Shown: positions 17,051 to 26,259 of the stretch, piece after piece
Position numbering within the stretch: the stretch's first letter is position 1
Layout: each line of letters starts with the position of its first letter
Source of the DNA: Gemmatimonadota bacterium
Lineage (GTDB): Bacteria; Gemmatimonadota; Gemmatimonadetes; Longimicrobiales; RSA9
NCBI GenBank assembly: GCA_017881445.1
Contig: JADGQX010000001.1
Span: forward strand, 1,942 to 65,941
Direction: 5' to 3'
Length of the DNA stretch: 64,000 nucleotides
The notes under the pieces: generated by a model
What the model saw: only the letters and a program-made list of their open reading frames with translations
Told to the model about the DNA's origin: nothing
Databases searched by the model: none
Position numbers and translations under genes: made by a program

Positions 17051-19165
17051 ATGAGCAAGTCCCTCAATGCTGTTTTCAGCCCCGCCTCCATCGCCGTGGT
17101 GGGCGCGAGCCGTTCACCCGGGACGATCGGGTTCCAGATCGTCTCCAACCTCCTCCTCCACGGTTTCCAGGGGCCGGTCTACCCGGTGAATCCGAAGGCG
17201 TCGGCGATCCATTCGATCCCGGCCTATCCGTCCGTGCGGGATATCCCGGGGCCGGTGGACATGGCCGTCATCACCGTACCGAAGGAAATGGCCCTGGCGG
17301 TCGCCGAGGAATGCGGTCAGAAGGGCGTGAAGGCGCTGATCGTGATCACGGCGGGATTCCGCGAGGTGGGGGGCGAGGGCGTCGAGCGGGAGCGGCAGCT
17401 GGTGGAGATCGTGCGCCGCTACGGCATGCGCCTGGTCGGGCCCAACTGCATGGGCGTGATGAACACCGACCCCGCGGTCTCCATGAACGCCACCTTCGCG
17501 CCCACCATGCCGCCGCCCGGCGCGATCTCGTTCATGAGCCAGTCCGGCGCCATGGGCGTGACGATCCTCGATTACGCCGCGGAATACGGCATCGGCGTGC
17601 ACAACTTCATTTCCGTGGGCAACAAGCCGGACGTGAGCGGCAACGACCTGCTGGAGGCGTGGGCCGCGGACGAGAAGACCCGGGTCGTCCTCATGTACCT
17701 GGAGTCGTTCGGCAACCCGCGTCGCTTCACGCAGCTGGCGCGGCGCATCACCAAGACCAAGCCGGTGGTGGTGGTGAAATCGGGGCGCTCCGCGGCCGGC
17801 GCCCGCGCGGCTTCCTCCCACACGGGCGCGCTGGCCGGCACCGATGCCGCCATCGACGCCATGCTGGCGCAGTGCGGCGTGATCCGGGTGGAGACCGTGG
17901 AGACGCTCTTCGACCTGGCCATGGCCTTCGAGGGGCTGCCCGTGCCCGCGGGCAACCGCGTGGCCATCGTGACCAACTCCGGCGGCCCGGGCATCATCAT
18001 CGCGGACACCTGCGACGCCGGCGGCCTGGAGGTACCGGAGCTCTCGGCGGAGACGCAGGCGCGCCTGCGGGAGGTGCTGGCCGCCGAGGCCAGCGTGCGC
18101 AATCCCATCGACATGATCGCCTCCGCCAATCCGACCACGTACCGGCTCGCGCTCGAGGCGGTGCTGAAGGACCCCAACATCGACGCTGCCATCGCCGCCT
18201 TCGTCCCGCCCCTCGGGATCAAGCAGGCCGAGGTCGCTGAAGCCATCGTGGAGGTCCACCGCGCCCTCCCCGAAAAGCCCATCCTGGCGGTGCTCATGGG
18301 GCGGGAAGGGCTGCCCCAGGGACGCGCGGAGCTCAAGGAAGCGGGGATCCCGGCCTACATCTTCCCCGAGTCGGCCGCCCGCTCGCTCAGCTCCATGGTG
18401 CGCTATCGCCGCTGGATCGAGCGACCGGAGGGAAGCGTCCGCACCTTCGACGACGTCAACCGCTCCTGCGTCGCCGACATCCTGGCGGAGCACGCCGAGC
18501 GTGGCGAGGCCATGCTGTCGGGCGTTGCCGCCCTCGAGGTCGTGGCCGCGTACGGCATCCCGACCGTCGGCTACCGCCCGGTCGGGACCGCCGATGAGGC
18601 CGCCGCCGAGGCCGCGCGCCAGGGCTTCCCGGTCGTCCTCAAGATCCACTCCCCGGACATCGTCCATAAGACCGACGTCGGCGGAGTGCTCGTGGACCTG
18701 CGCTCGCCCGCGGAGGTGCACGAGGGGTTCAATGCCATGATGAAGCGCGTGCGCCACGCCCGTCCGGACGCCGAGATCCAGGGCGTCCTGGTCCAACGGT
18801 ACGCCAAGGGCGGGCGCGAGACCATCGTGGGCATGACCCACGACCCCAAGTTCGGTCCCGTGCTCATGTTCGGCCTGGGTGGGATATACGTGGAGGCGCT
18901 GCAGGATGTGGTCTTCCGCGTCCAGCCCGTCACCGACATCGACGCCGCAGACATGGTCCGCAGCATCCGCGGCCACAAGCTGCTCGAGGGGCTGCGCGGC
19001 GAGCCGCCCGCCGATGTCGCCACCATCGCCGAGACCATCGAGCGCGTCTCCCAGCTCGTGGGCGAGCACGACCGCATCCGCGAGCTGGACATCAACCCGC
19101 TGCTCGCCACGGAAAAGGGCGTCCTGGCGGTGGACGCCCGCGTCCGCATCGCACTGGAGCCCTAG
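17051..19165 (+). CDS. ADP-forming acetate/acyl-CoA ligase (NDP-forming acyl-CoA synthetase, fused alpha and beta domains)
   Basis: ORF 17051..19165. The CoA-binding N-terminus reads PASIAVVGASRSPGTIGFQIV, followed by VGPNCMGVMN. The C-terminal half is ATP-grasp-like (FPVVLKIHSPDIVHKTDVGGV). Confidence 0.9.
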   Translation: MSKSLNAVFSPASIAVVGASRSPGTIGFQIVSNLLLHGFQGPVYPVNPKASAIHSIPAYPSVRDIPGPVDMAVITVPKEMALAVAEECGQKGVKALIVITAGFREVGGEGVERERQLVEIVRRYGMRLVGPNCMGVMNTDPAVSMNATFAPTMPPPGAISFMSQSGAMGVTILDYAAEYGIGVHNFISVGNKPDVSGNDLLEAWAADEKTRVVLMYLESFGNPRRFTQLARRITKTKPVVVVKSGRSAAGARAASSHTGALAGTDAAIDAMLAQCGVIRVETVETLFDLAMAFEGLPVPAGNRVAIVTNSGGPGIIIADTCDAGGLEVPELSAETQARLREVLAAEASVRNPIDMIASANPTTYRLALEAVLKDPNIDAAIAAFVPPLGIKQAEVAEAIVEVHRALPEKPILAVLMGREGLPQGRAELKEAGIPAYIFPESAARSLSSMVRYRRWIERPEGSVRTFDDVNRSCVADILAEHAERGEAMLSGVAALEVVAAYGIPTVGYRPVGTADEAAAEAARQGFPVVLKIHSPDIVHKTDVGGVLVDLRSPAEVHEGFNAMMKRVRHARPDAEIQGVLVQRYAKGGRETIVGMTHDPKFGPVLMFGLGGIYVEALQDVVFRVQPVTDIDAADMVRSIRGHKLLEGLRGEPPADVATIAETIERVSQLVGEHDRIRELDINPLLATEKGVLAVDARVRIALEP

Positions 19166-19180
19166 GCGACGTCGCCACCC

Positions 19181-20014
19181 ATGGAGCGCGTCTCCCTTCC
19201 CGGCCTGCTGGGCGTCCCCAAGCCCATCATCGGCATGGTCCACCTGCTGCCACTCCCCGGCGCTCCCGGCTGGGGCGGCTCCATGGACCAGGTTCTCGAC
19301 CGGGCCGGCGAGGACGCCCGAGCCCTCGCCCGGGGCGGCGTGCACGCCCTCCTGGTCGAGAACTTCCTCGATGTGCCCTTCCATCCCGACCACGTCCCGC
19401 CCGAGACCGTCGCCGCCATGGCCCTGGCCGTCGCGCAGGTCGCGCGCGCCGTGGACATACCCGTGGGAGTGAACGTCCTGCGCAACGACGCCGCCGCGGC
19501 CCTCGCCATCGCCGCCGCCACCGGCGCGCGCTTCATCCGCGTCAACGTGCACACCGGCGTCATGCTCGCGGATCAGGGCCTCATCCAGGGGCGCGCTCAC
19601 GAGACCCTCCGCCTGCGGGAGCGCCTGGCCACGCCAGCCGCACCCATCGCCATCCTGGCCGACGTGCTGGTGAAGCATGCCGTGCCCCCCGCCGGCACGG
19701 ACCTCGCCCGCACCGCCCTCGATACCTGGCACCGCGGACTCGCCGACGCTCTCGTCGTCTCCGGCACCGGCACGGGCGAGCCGACCGACCTCGACCGCAT
19801 CCGCACCGTACGGGCCGCCGTGCCCGAGGCGCCGCTCTTCGTCGGGAGCGGCCTCACACCGGAAAACGCCCCCACCCTGCTGCAGCTCGCCGACGGCGCC
19901 ATCGTCGGCAGCGCCCTGGCCCGCGGCGGCCGCGCCGGCGCCGGCATCGAGCCGGAGCGCGTGCGCCGGCTCATGGATGCCCTGCGGGGCCACGAAGACA
20001 ACGGAGGACACTGA
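19181..20014 (+). CDS. BtpA/SgcQ-family TIM-barrel protein
   Basis: ORF 19181..20014. IIGMVHLLPLPGAPGW and LLVENFLDVPF are typical of the BtpA family. The gene starts 15 nt after the synthetase stop, so they probably form an operon. Confidence 0.85.
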   Translation: MERVSLPGLLGVPKPIIGMVHLLPLPGAPGWGGSMDQVLDRAGEDARALARGGVHALLVENFLDVPFHPDHVPPETVAAMALAVAQVARAVDIPVGVNVLRNDAAAALAIAAATGARFIRVNVHTGVMLADQGLIQGRAHETLRLRERLATPAAPIAILADVLVKHAVPPAGTDLARTALDTWHRGLADALVVSGTGTGEPTDLDRIRTVRAAVPEAPLFVGSGLTPENAPTLLQLADGAIVGSALARGGRAGAGIEPERVRRLMDALRGHEDNGGH

Positions 20015-20113
20015 GAAGGAGCGGCGGCGCGGTCGTCGTCCCGTTGCACTTGCATCGTCCGCCTGCTCTTTACATCATAAAGTACATTGTGAACACAAAC
20101 GGACGAGGTGGAC

Positions 20114-20482
20114 ATGGCAGGACGGGAACGCGGGGAGGAACGGGAGACGCGGGCGATCCGGTGGCCGGGCGGCGCGGCTCCGGGCGCGGCGGTGCTGGCG
20201 GCGCTGCTGGCGAGCGCGTGCACGCGCTCGAACAATCTGCTGCTGGGCCGTGTGCGGGCGGAGGTAGGTGGTCACGCGGTGGTGGTCACCGACTGCTACC
20301 GGCTGCGTGCGCCCGGGCCGGAGTCGGACGGGCCGGCTGGATACCGCTACGCGCCCTGCAAGGACGCGGTGGTGAGCATCCGGGCGGACACGCTGACGGT
20401 CAACGGCCGGTCGTACGGCCGGCTGGCGCCGGGCGCGGGTGTGCTGGTGGACCACGGAGAGGTGTCGGTGGGGACGCCGTAA
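20114..20482 (+). CDS. Small hypothetical lipoprotein
   Basis: ORF track 20108..20482. ATG 20114 has a GACGAGG SD 5 nt upstream. A lipobox-like AALLASAC is present. I recognise no family. Confidence 0.5.
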   Translation: MAGRERGEERETRAIRWPGGAAPGAAVLAALLASACTRSNNLLLGRVRAEVGGHAVVVTDCYRLRAPGPESDGPAGYRYAPCKDAVVSIRADTLTVNGRSYGRLAPGAGVLVDHGEVSVGTP

Positions 20483-20542
20483 CGCGCGGCCAACGACCGC
20501 CCGGGCCATGCGGACAGCCGGGCAGGGAGCGGCGGATCCGCC

Positions 20543-21769
20543 TCAGGCGACGACGGTGGCGTCGCTGATAGAGGGCAGCTTGCGCCGCATCTTCTCCTGG
20601 TACATGGCCCGGTCGGCCTTGGCGATGGCCGGCTCCATTGCGTCCGTGCTCTCGTAGTCGGCCGCGCCGCCACTGACGAGGAGGGGCGGGTCGCCGGCGG
20701 CGTGCAGGATGATCGCGACGCGGCGCATCAGGTCGGCGGCCGAAGCACCGGGCATGACCAGCAGGAACTCGTCGCCGCCCCAGCGATAGAGCTTGTCGGA
20801 GGGGCGGAGTCCCGCCCTCATCTCGTCGGCCAGACGGCGGAGCAGCATGTCGCCGGTGGCGTGGCCCAGATTGTCGTTGACGGCCTTGAGGTCGTCCAGG
20901 TCCAGCATGCCGACGGCACCGAAGCTCGCCCATCCCGCCTCCAGCCCCAGGCTGTGCTCGAAGGCCCGCCGGTTGAGGGCTCCGGTCAGCGGATCGAACA
21001 TGGCGGCGCCGCGCAGCTCCTGGTGAGCCAGCGAGAGCTCCGCGTGGGCCGCATCGACCTCGCGCTTGGCGTCCTCGAGCAGCACCACCACCATGCCGTA
21101 GCCGAGCGCCATCGCCAGGATCTGGTCGAGGAAGGAGTTGGCGGACACGATGAAATCGAGCAGTGGCGGCCGAACGGCGGGTTGGCCCAGGGTGAAGTAG
21201 AACGCCGGCCCGTACGTCGCCCAGAGCAGGGCATTGGCGGCGAAGGCGGCGCCGGTGAACCGGCTGCCGAGCGTTCTGCGCGCCGGCGGCAGCCCCAGCA
21301 TGAGGACCGCGCAGGACGCGAGCGCCGCCGCCGCTATGGGGCTCTGCCAGATCATCACTTCCCGGATGCTGCTCGAGCGGGCCGCCGTGATCAGGGAGTA
21401 GACCGCGGCGACGGCGACGAGCAGGGCCAGCACCCAGGGGCGGCGCACGCGGTGCGCGTATTGCGCCGTTCCGGCCAGCAGCAGGGCACACCAGAGCAGC
21501 TTCCCGAGCTGGTAAACGCCGAAGATCGTGAGGTGGACCAGGGGCCCATCGGCAAGGGGCGCGTGCACCTCGGGCAGGATCTGGTAGCGGAGCACGAGCA
21601 CGCCCAGCGTCAGCATCAGGACGAGCCAGGCCCGGCCCCACAGCCGGAAGAACCCGCGGCCGCGGCGCTCGCGACCGAGCAGCGCGTAGAGGATGACGAG
21701 CAGTACGGATGCGGCAAACTGCGACGCGAGTCCGATGACGCTCACGAGTGTGCGGTTGAACTCGGGCAT
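20543..21769 (-). CDS. Membrane-anchored diguanylate cyclase (GGDEF domain)
   Basis: ORF track 20543..21847, trimmed to ATG 21769 (MPEFNRTLVSVIGL...). The N-terminal half has multiple TM helices. The C-terminus carries FDPLTGALNRRAF and RPSDKLYRWGGDEFLLV, which gives an RxxD I-site plus GGDEF. Confidence 0.85.
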   Translation of the reverse strand: MPEFNRTLVSVIGLASQFAASVLLVILYALLGRERRGRGFFRLWGRAWLVLMLTLGVLVLRYQILPEVHAPLADGPLVHLTIFGVYQLGKLLWCALLLAGTAQYAHRVRRPWVLALLVAVAAVYSLITAARSSSIREVMIWQSPIAAAALASCAVLMLGLPPARRTLGSRFTGAAFAANALLWATYGPAFYFTLGQPAVRPPLLDFIVSANSFLDQILAMALGYGMVVVLLEDAKREVDAAHAELSLAHQELRGAAMFDPLTGALNRRAFEHSLGLEAGWASFGAVGMLDLDDLKAVNDNLGHATGDMLLRRLADEMRAGLRPSDKLYRWGGDEFLLVMPGASAADLMRRVAIILHAAGDPPLLVSGGAADYESTDAMEPAIAKADRAMYQEKMRRKLPSISDATVVA

Positions 21770-21909
21770 GTTTTTTGGGAAGTTTCGCCAAAGGGAATAT
21801 GTTCCAGGGATGGACCCGCCGGCAACGCCCCGGGTCCCGGCGCCCACCGGCCGGTCCCCCGGGCGGCGGCGCCCGACGTCGGCGGGTACCGGAGCGAGGA
21901 AGAAGCGGC

Positions 21910-23340
21910 ATGGGCAAACGGCACTACCACCTGATCGGAATCGGCGGCACGGCCATGGGATCGCTGGCCGGTCTGCTCAAGGCGGCCGGGCACGAGGTAA
22001 CGGGCTCGGACGAGGGCGTCTACCCGCCCATGTCCACCCAGCTGCAGCAGCTGGGTATCCCCTACCGCGAAGGGTACTCCCCGGCCAACCTGGAGCCGGC
22101 GCCGGACGTGGTCGTGGTCGGAAACGCCATCTCCCGCGGGAATCCTGAGCTGGAGGCGGTGCTCAACCGCAAGCTGCTCTACACCTCCGCCGCGCAGACC
22201 ATCAAGGAGGAGTTCATCCGCGGCCGCCACTGCGTCGCCATCGCGGGCACCCACGGCAAGACCACGACCACGTCCATCCTGGCCTGGGTGCTGGAGACCG
22301 CGGGGCTGAACCCGTGCTTCCTGATCGGCGGCGTCGCGGAGAATTTCGGCACCTCCTTCCGGCTGACGGACTCGAAGTACTTCGTCATCGAGGCGGACGA
22401 ATACGACACGGCCTACTTCGACAAGGGCCCGAAGATGTGGCATTACCTCCCGGACACGGCCGTCGTCAACAACATCGAGTTCGACCACGCCGACATCTAC
22501 CGGGACGAGGAGGCCTACCGCTTCGCCTTCGCCCGCTTCATCAACCTCGTGCCCCAGAACGGGACGCTGGTCGCGGGCTGGGACTCGCCCATCGTGCGCG
22601 AGCTTTCCGGCCGCTCCCCGGCTCCCGTCGAGGGATTCGCCTACGACGCCACACCACAGACCGACACCGGGGCCCAGCCGCGCTGGACCGCGGGCGTGGT
22701 GGAGTTCCACGCCGACGGCATGCGCTTCCCCGCGCTGCACGACGGCATCCACTGGGGCGACGTGGAAACGCCGCTCGCCGGCGCATTCAACGTGCGCAAC
22801 TGCCTCGCCGCCATAGCGGCAGCAGTCAGCGTGGGGGCTGGACGGGACGGCATCCTCGAGGGCCTGCGCAGCTTCCGCAGCGTGCGGCGTCGCATGGAGG
22901 TGCGAGGCGAGGTGGGCGGCGTGACCGTGATCGACGACTTCGCGCACCATCCCACCGCCGTGCGGGAGACCATCGCCGCGGTGCGCCAGCGCTACCCGGA
23001 CCGGCGCCTGGTGGCCGTATTCGAGCCACGCAGCTACACGGCGCAGCGCCGCGAGTCCCAGGATGCGTACGAGCAGGCGCTGGCGGCCGCGGACGAGGTG
23101 GTGATCGCGGGGCTGTTCCACCCCGAGCGCTACACCCAGCAGTCCGCCCTCGACCCGCACGAGCTGGTGAGCGCGTGGCAGCGGGCGGGCAAGCGGGCGG
23201 CCTACATCCCGGCACCCGACGACATCGTGACGGATCTCGCGCCCCGCCTGGGCCCGGGCGACGTCGTGCTGATCATGAGCAATGGCGGTTTCGGCGGCAT
23301 CCACGAGAAGCTCCTCGCCTCCCTGCGCCGGAGCGGGTAG
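21910..23340 (+). CDS. mpl: UDP-N-acetylmuramate:L-alanyl-gamma-D-glutamyl-meso-diaminopimelate ligase (murein peptide ligase)
   Basis: ORF track 21775..23340, trimmed to ATG 21910 (MGKRHYHLIGIGGTAMGSLA). It carries the Mur-ligase P-loop IAGTHGKTTTTS, and VIEADEYDTAYFDKGPK, which is typical of Mpl. Confidence 0.9.
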   Translation: MGKRHYHLIGIGGTAMGSLAGLLKAAGHEVTGSDEGVYPPMSTQLQQLGIPYREGYSPANLEPAPDVVVVGNAISRGNPELEAVLNRKLLYTSAAQTIKEEFIRGRHCVAIAGTHGKTTTTSILAWVLETAGLNPCFLIGGVAENFGTSFRLTDSKYFVIEADEYDTAYFDKGPKMWHYLPDTAVVNNIEFDHADIYRDEEAYRFAFARFINLVPQNGTLVAGWDSPIVRELSGRSPAPVEGFAYDATPQTDTGAQPRWTAGVVEFHADGMRFPALHDGIHWGDVETPLAGAFNVRNCLAAIAAAVSVGAGRDGILEGLRSFRSVRRRMEVRGEVGGVTVIDDFAHHPTAVRETIAAVRQRYPDRRLVAVFEPRSYTAQRRESQDAYEQALAAADEVVIAGLFHPERYTQQSALDPHELVSAWQRAGKRAAYIPAPDDIVTDLAPRLGPGDVVLIMSNGGFGGIHEKLLASLRRSG

Positions 23341-23457
23341 GCTGCGGGCGGATGCGCGCCGGGTCGTCATGGTCCACGCCGGGGTCTGGGCCCCGGAGGT
23401 GGGCTCGCGGAGCATCTGAGGGAACTCCGATCTCACGCGGAGACGCCGAGCACGCGG

Positions 23458-23623
23458 AGCCGGCCTCCGCGCGCTCCAGGAAGGCGCGGGTCTCGGCCGC
23501 GTCGTTCGGGCCCCAGGACATGAAGCGGGTCACCTCGGGGTCGGCGGCGTAGCGGTGCACATCCTCGAAATCGGCGGCGGCGAACTCGCGCAGCTCGAGT
23601 CGTCCGGTCGTGGCCAGCGACAT
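23458..23623 (-). pseudogene. N-terminal remnant of a GNAT (RimJ/RimL-type) N-acetyltransferase
   Basis: ATG 23623 opens MSLATTGRLELREFAAADFEDVHRYAADPEVTRFMSWGPNDAAETRAFLERAE. This matches the first ~55 residues of RimJ-like GNATs. The frame then becomes Arg/Pro/Gly-rich and runs into the mpl 3' end. Only ~94 codons of space exist where ~180 are needed. Confidence 0.45.
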
Positions 23624-23625
23624 GG

Positions 23626-26259
23626 CTACTCCGCCTCCCGCAGCACGGCGAGCGGCGAGCGCCGCAGCACGTCGCGGCTGTTCAGCAGTCCCACGGCGAC
23701 CGTGAGGGCGGCCACGCCGGCCCAGGTGAGCAGGATGGGCAGCACGGGCGGCCGGAAGGGGATCTTGAAGAAGAAGTGGACCACGGCCCAGCCGCCGGCG
23801 AGGGCCAGGACCGTACCGGCGAGGCCGGCGAAGAGGCCGAGGGCGGCGTACTCCGTGAACAGCACCTGCAGCACCTGCCGCCGGGTGGCGCCCAGCGTCT
23901 TGAGCAGGGCGCTCTCGCGCATGCGCTGGAAGCGCGAGGTGGCCAGCGCGCCCACCAGCACGATGATCCCGGCGCCGAGCGAGAAGAGCGCCAGGAAGCG
24001 GACGGCCATGGTGACCTTCCCCACGATCGAGTCCAGCGTGCGCTGCACCAGGGAGAGGTCGAGGGAGGAGATGTTCGGGTAGCTGCGCACCAGGTCGCCC
24101 TGGACGCGGGCGAGGACCGCATCGCTGCCTGGCACCCGCGCCAGCGCCACCAGCGTCTGGGGGGCGGCGTCGATGGCGCCCGGCTGGAAGACCACGAAGA
24201 AGTTGGGGCTGAAGCGTGCCCACTCGACCTTGCGCAGGCTGGCGACTACGCTGCGCACGGGGATGCCGTGGAAGTCCCAGGTGAGGGAGTCGCCGATGCC
24301 CACACCCAGGTCGCCGGCCAGCCCCTCGTCCACCGAGACGAGCGCGGGCGGTCCCTCCGCCGACCCGGGTGCGGCGGAGGCGGAGCCCGCCGCGGCCGCG
24401 CCGACCGGGCGCGCAGGCCACCACTTCCCCGCCACCAGCGTCTCCGTGGCCACCAGCGTGTCGCGATAGGTGTTGCGGTACTCGCGCCGGAGCGCCCAGG
24501 AATGCGGCTGGCCCGGCGCCCGCGAGCGCCCGCGCTGGCCGCGTTCGCCCGGCGGCGTGCGAGGCATCGTCGCCAGGATGTCCCGCACGTCCCGTCCCTT
24601 GATGGACGAGATGCGGGCGGAGACGATGGGCGTCATCTCCGAGCGAGCAACGCCACGCGCCGCCAGCATCCGGCGCACCCCATCCGCCTGCGTCGGCTGG
24701 ATGTCGAACAGCAGCAGGTTGGCCCGGGCATCTTCGCCGCCGAAGCTGATGCGATCGAGGATGGCGCCGTGCACGAGGTACAGCGTGGCCACCAGGAAGA
24801 TGCCGAAGCCGAGGGAGAGCGTCACCGCCACGGTCTGGTTGTGGGGCCGGAAAAGGTTGGAGAACCCCTGCCGGACCACGTAGCGGGCGCGCACCGGGAA
24901 GAACCGGCGGGTGCCGCGGATCATCCCGAGCGCCACCAGCCAGAGCACCAGCGCCACGAAGGCCAGTCCCGTGGCGAAGGCAATGCCCGTCCCGGTATTG
25001 GGCGCCTGCCAGATGCTGAGCGCCACCATGCTGGCGGCCAGCAGCAGGTAGGCCACACCCCGGCGCCAGTCGAAATGGCGGCGCGGAGGCTCGTAATCGT
25101 GGCGCAGCGCCTGCAGCGGGGCGACGTCGCGCACCGAGAGCAGCGGGATCAGCGCGAAGATCGCGGCCACCCAGACCCCCGTCCCCAGCCCGGCCAGGAT
25201 GGCCAGCGGGCTGAGTGCGAAGGGCACGTGCACCGACAGGAAGGGCCCGAGCACGGTGGGCAGCACCGCCTGCACGCCAATGCCGAGCAACGCGCCCGCC
25301 GCCGCGCCGGCGAAGCCGAGGAATGCGGACTGCAGCAGGTAGGCCGCGAACACGGAGCGCTGCGTCGCCCCCAGGCAGCGCAGCACCGCGACCGTGTCGA
25401 GCCGCCCCTTGATGAAGACGTGGATGGCACTGGCCACGCCCACACCGCCCAACAGCAGCGCGGCCAGCCCGACCAGGCCCAGGAACTTGGAGAGGATGCC
25501 CAGCGCCTCCGTGACCTCCTCCGCCAGGTGGTCGGCCGTCTCCAGATTGACCGAGGCGGCGCGGAACGCCTCCCGGTGCCCATCGACGAAGCGCTGGCGG
25601 TCCCGGGCGAAGGGCACCTTCAGGTAGGCCTCGTAGCGGGCGAGGGAGCCGAACGTCAGCAGGCCGGTGGAGGTCATGGAGGTCAGCGGCACGAACACGC
25701 GCGGGCCGATGGCGGTCTGCAGCGAGACGTCGCCGGCGGCGCTCTGGACCGTGCCCACGACCGGGAATCGGGCATAGCCCACGGAGATCGTGTCGCCGAT
25801 GCCGATCCCGAGCTGGACCAGCACCGCGGGATCGACCACCGCTGCCGCGCCCCGGCTCAGGCGCGCCCAGGCGTCCGCGGGCGTGGTCTCGTAGCGGCCG
25901 TAGAGCGGCATGGCCGCGTCCATCCCGCGCACCTGTACCAGGCGCGTGAGTCCCGTGCGCCCGGCCAGCGCCATGGAGACGAGGTTGATGGCGCGGGCCA
26001 CGGGGTGCCCCGCGGCGACCATGGAGTCGAGGGTCTGCTGCACGGGCCGTGGGAAGGGCACGTCCGAGCGCACGCGCACGTCGGCGCCGAGCAGGTCCCG
26101 GGCCGACGCGCCCACCGAATCCTCGACGTTGCTGCGAAACGAGTTGATCGCCACCAGCGCCGCCACGCCCAGCGTGATCGAGCCCATGTAGAGCCCGACG
26201 CGGCGCCAGGAGGCGCGCGTCTCCCGTGCGGCGTGGGCCAGCGCGAAGGAGCGGCTCAT
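23626..26259 (-). CDS. ybbP: ABC transporter permease, double FtsX/MacB-type (YbbP-like)
   Basis: ORF 23626..26259 (877 aa). It contains two FtsX-type four-helix modules, each preceded by a large extracytoplasmic loop. The start overlaps the stop of the ATPase gene (26256-26259). Confidence 0.9.
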   Translation of the reverse strand: MSRSFALAHAARETRASWRRVGLYMGSITLGVAALVAINSFRSNVEDSVGASARDLLGADVRVRSDVPFPRPVQQTLDSMVAAGHPVARAINLVSMALAGRTGLTRLVQVRGMDAAMPLYGRYETTPADAWARLSRGAAAVVDPAVLVQLGIGIGDTISVGYARFPVVGTVQSAAGDVSLQTAIGPRVFVPLTSMTSTGLLTFGSLARYEAYLKVPFARDRQRFVDGHREAFRAASVNLETADHLAEEVTEALGILSKFLGLVGLAALLLGGVGVASAIHVFIKGRLDTVAVLRCLGATQRSVFAAYLLQSAFLGFAGAAAGALLGIGVQAVLPTVLGPFLSVHVPFALSPLAILAGLGTGVWVAAIFALIPLLSVRDVAPLQALRHDYEPPRRHFDWRRGVAYLLLAASMVALSIWQAPNTGTGIAFATGLAFVALVLWLVALGMIRGTRRFFPVRARYVVRQGFSNLFRPHNQTVAVTLSLGFGIFLVATLYLVHGAILDRISFGGEDARANLLLFDIQPTQADGVRRMLAARGVARSEMTPIVSARISSIKGRDVRDILATMPRTPPGERGQRGRSRAPGQPHSWALRREYRNTYRDTLVATETLVAGKWWPARPVGAAAAGSASAAPGSAEGPPALVSVDEGLAGDLGVGIGDSLTWDFHGIPVRSVVASLRKVEWARFSPNFFVVFQPGAIDAAPQTLVALARVPGSDAVLARVQGDLVRSYPNISSLDLSLVQRTLDSIVGKVTMAVRFLALFSLGAGIIVLVGALATSRFQRMRESALLKTLGATRRQVLQVLFTEYAALGLFAGLAGTVLALAGGWAVVHFFFKIPFRPPVLPILLTWAGVAALTVAVGLLNSRDVLRRSPLAVLREAE

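Noticed and set aside
17037-17051. TTGCGC-16-TATAAG ending 9 nt before the acyl-CoA synthetase ATG, which would imply a leaderless mRNA.
   Set aside because: The -35 match is poor, and a weak AAGG SD exists. I cannot distinguish this from chance without a TSS.
17114-20011. A 965-aa minus-strand ORF spanning the acyl-CoA synthetase and BtpA genes.
   Set aside because: It is a shadow ORF of a high-GC genome. It is Arg/Gly/Ala/Asp/His-rich with no recognisable motifs. The + strand frames at the same place encode proteins with clear family signatures.
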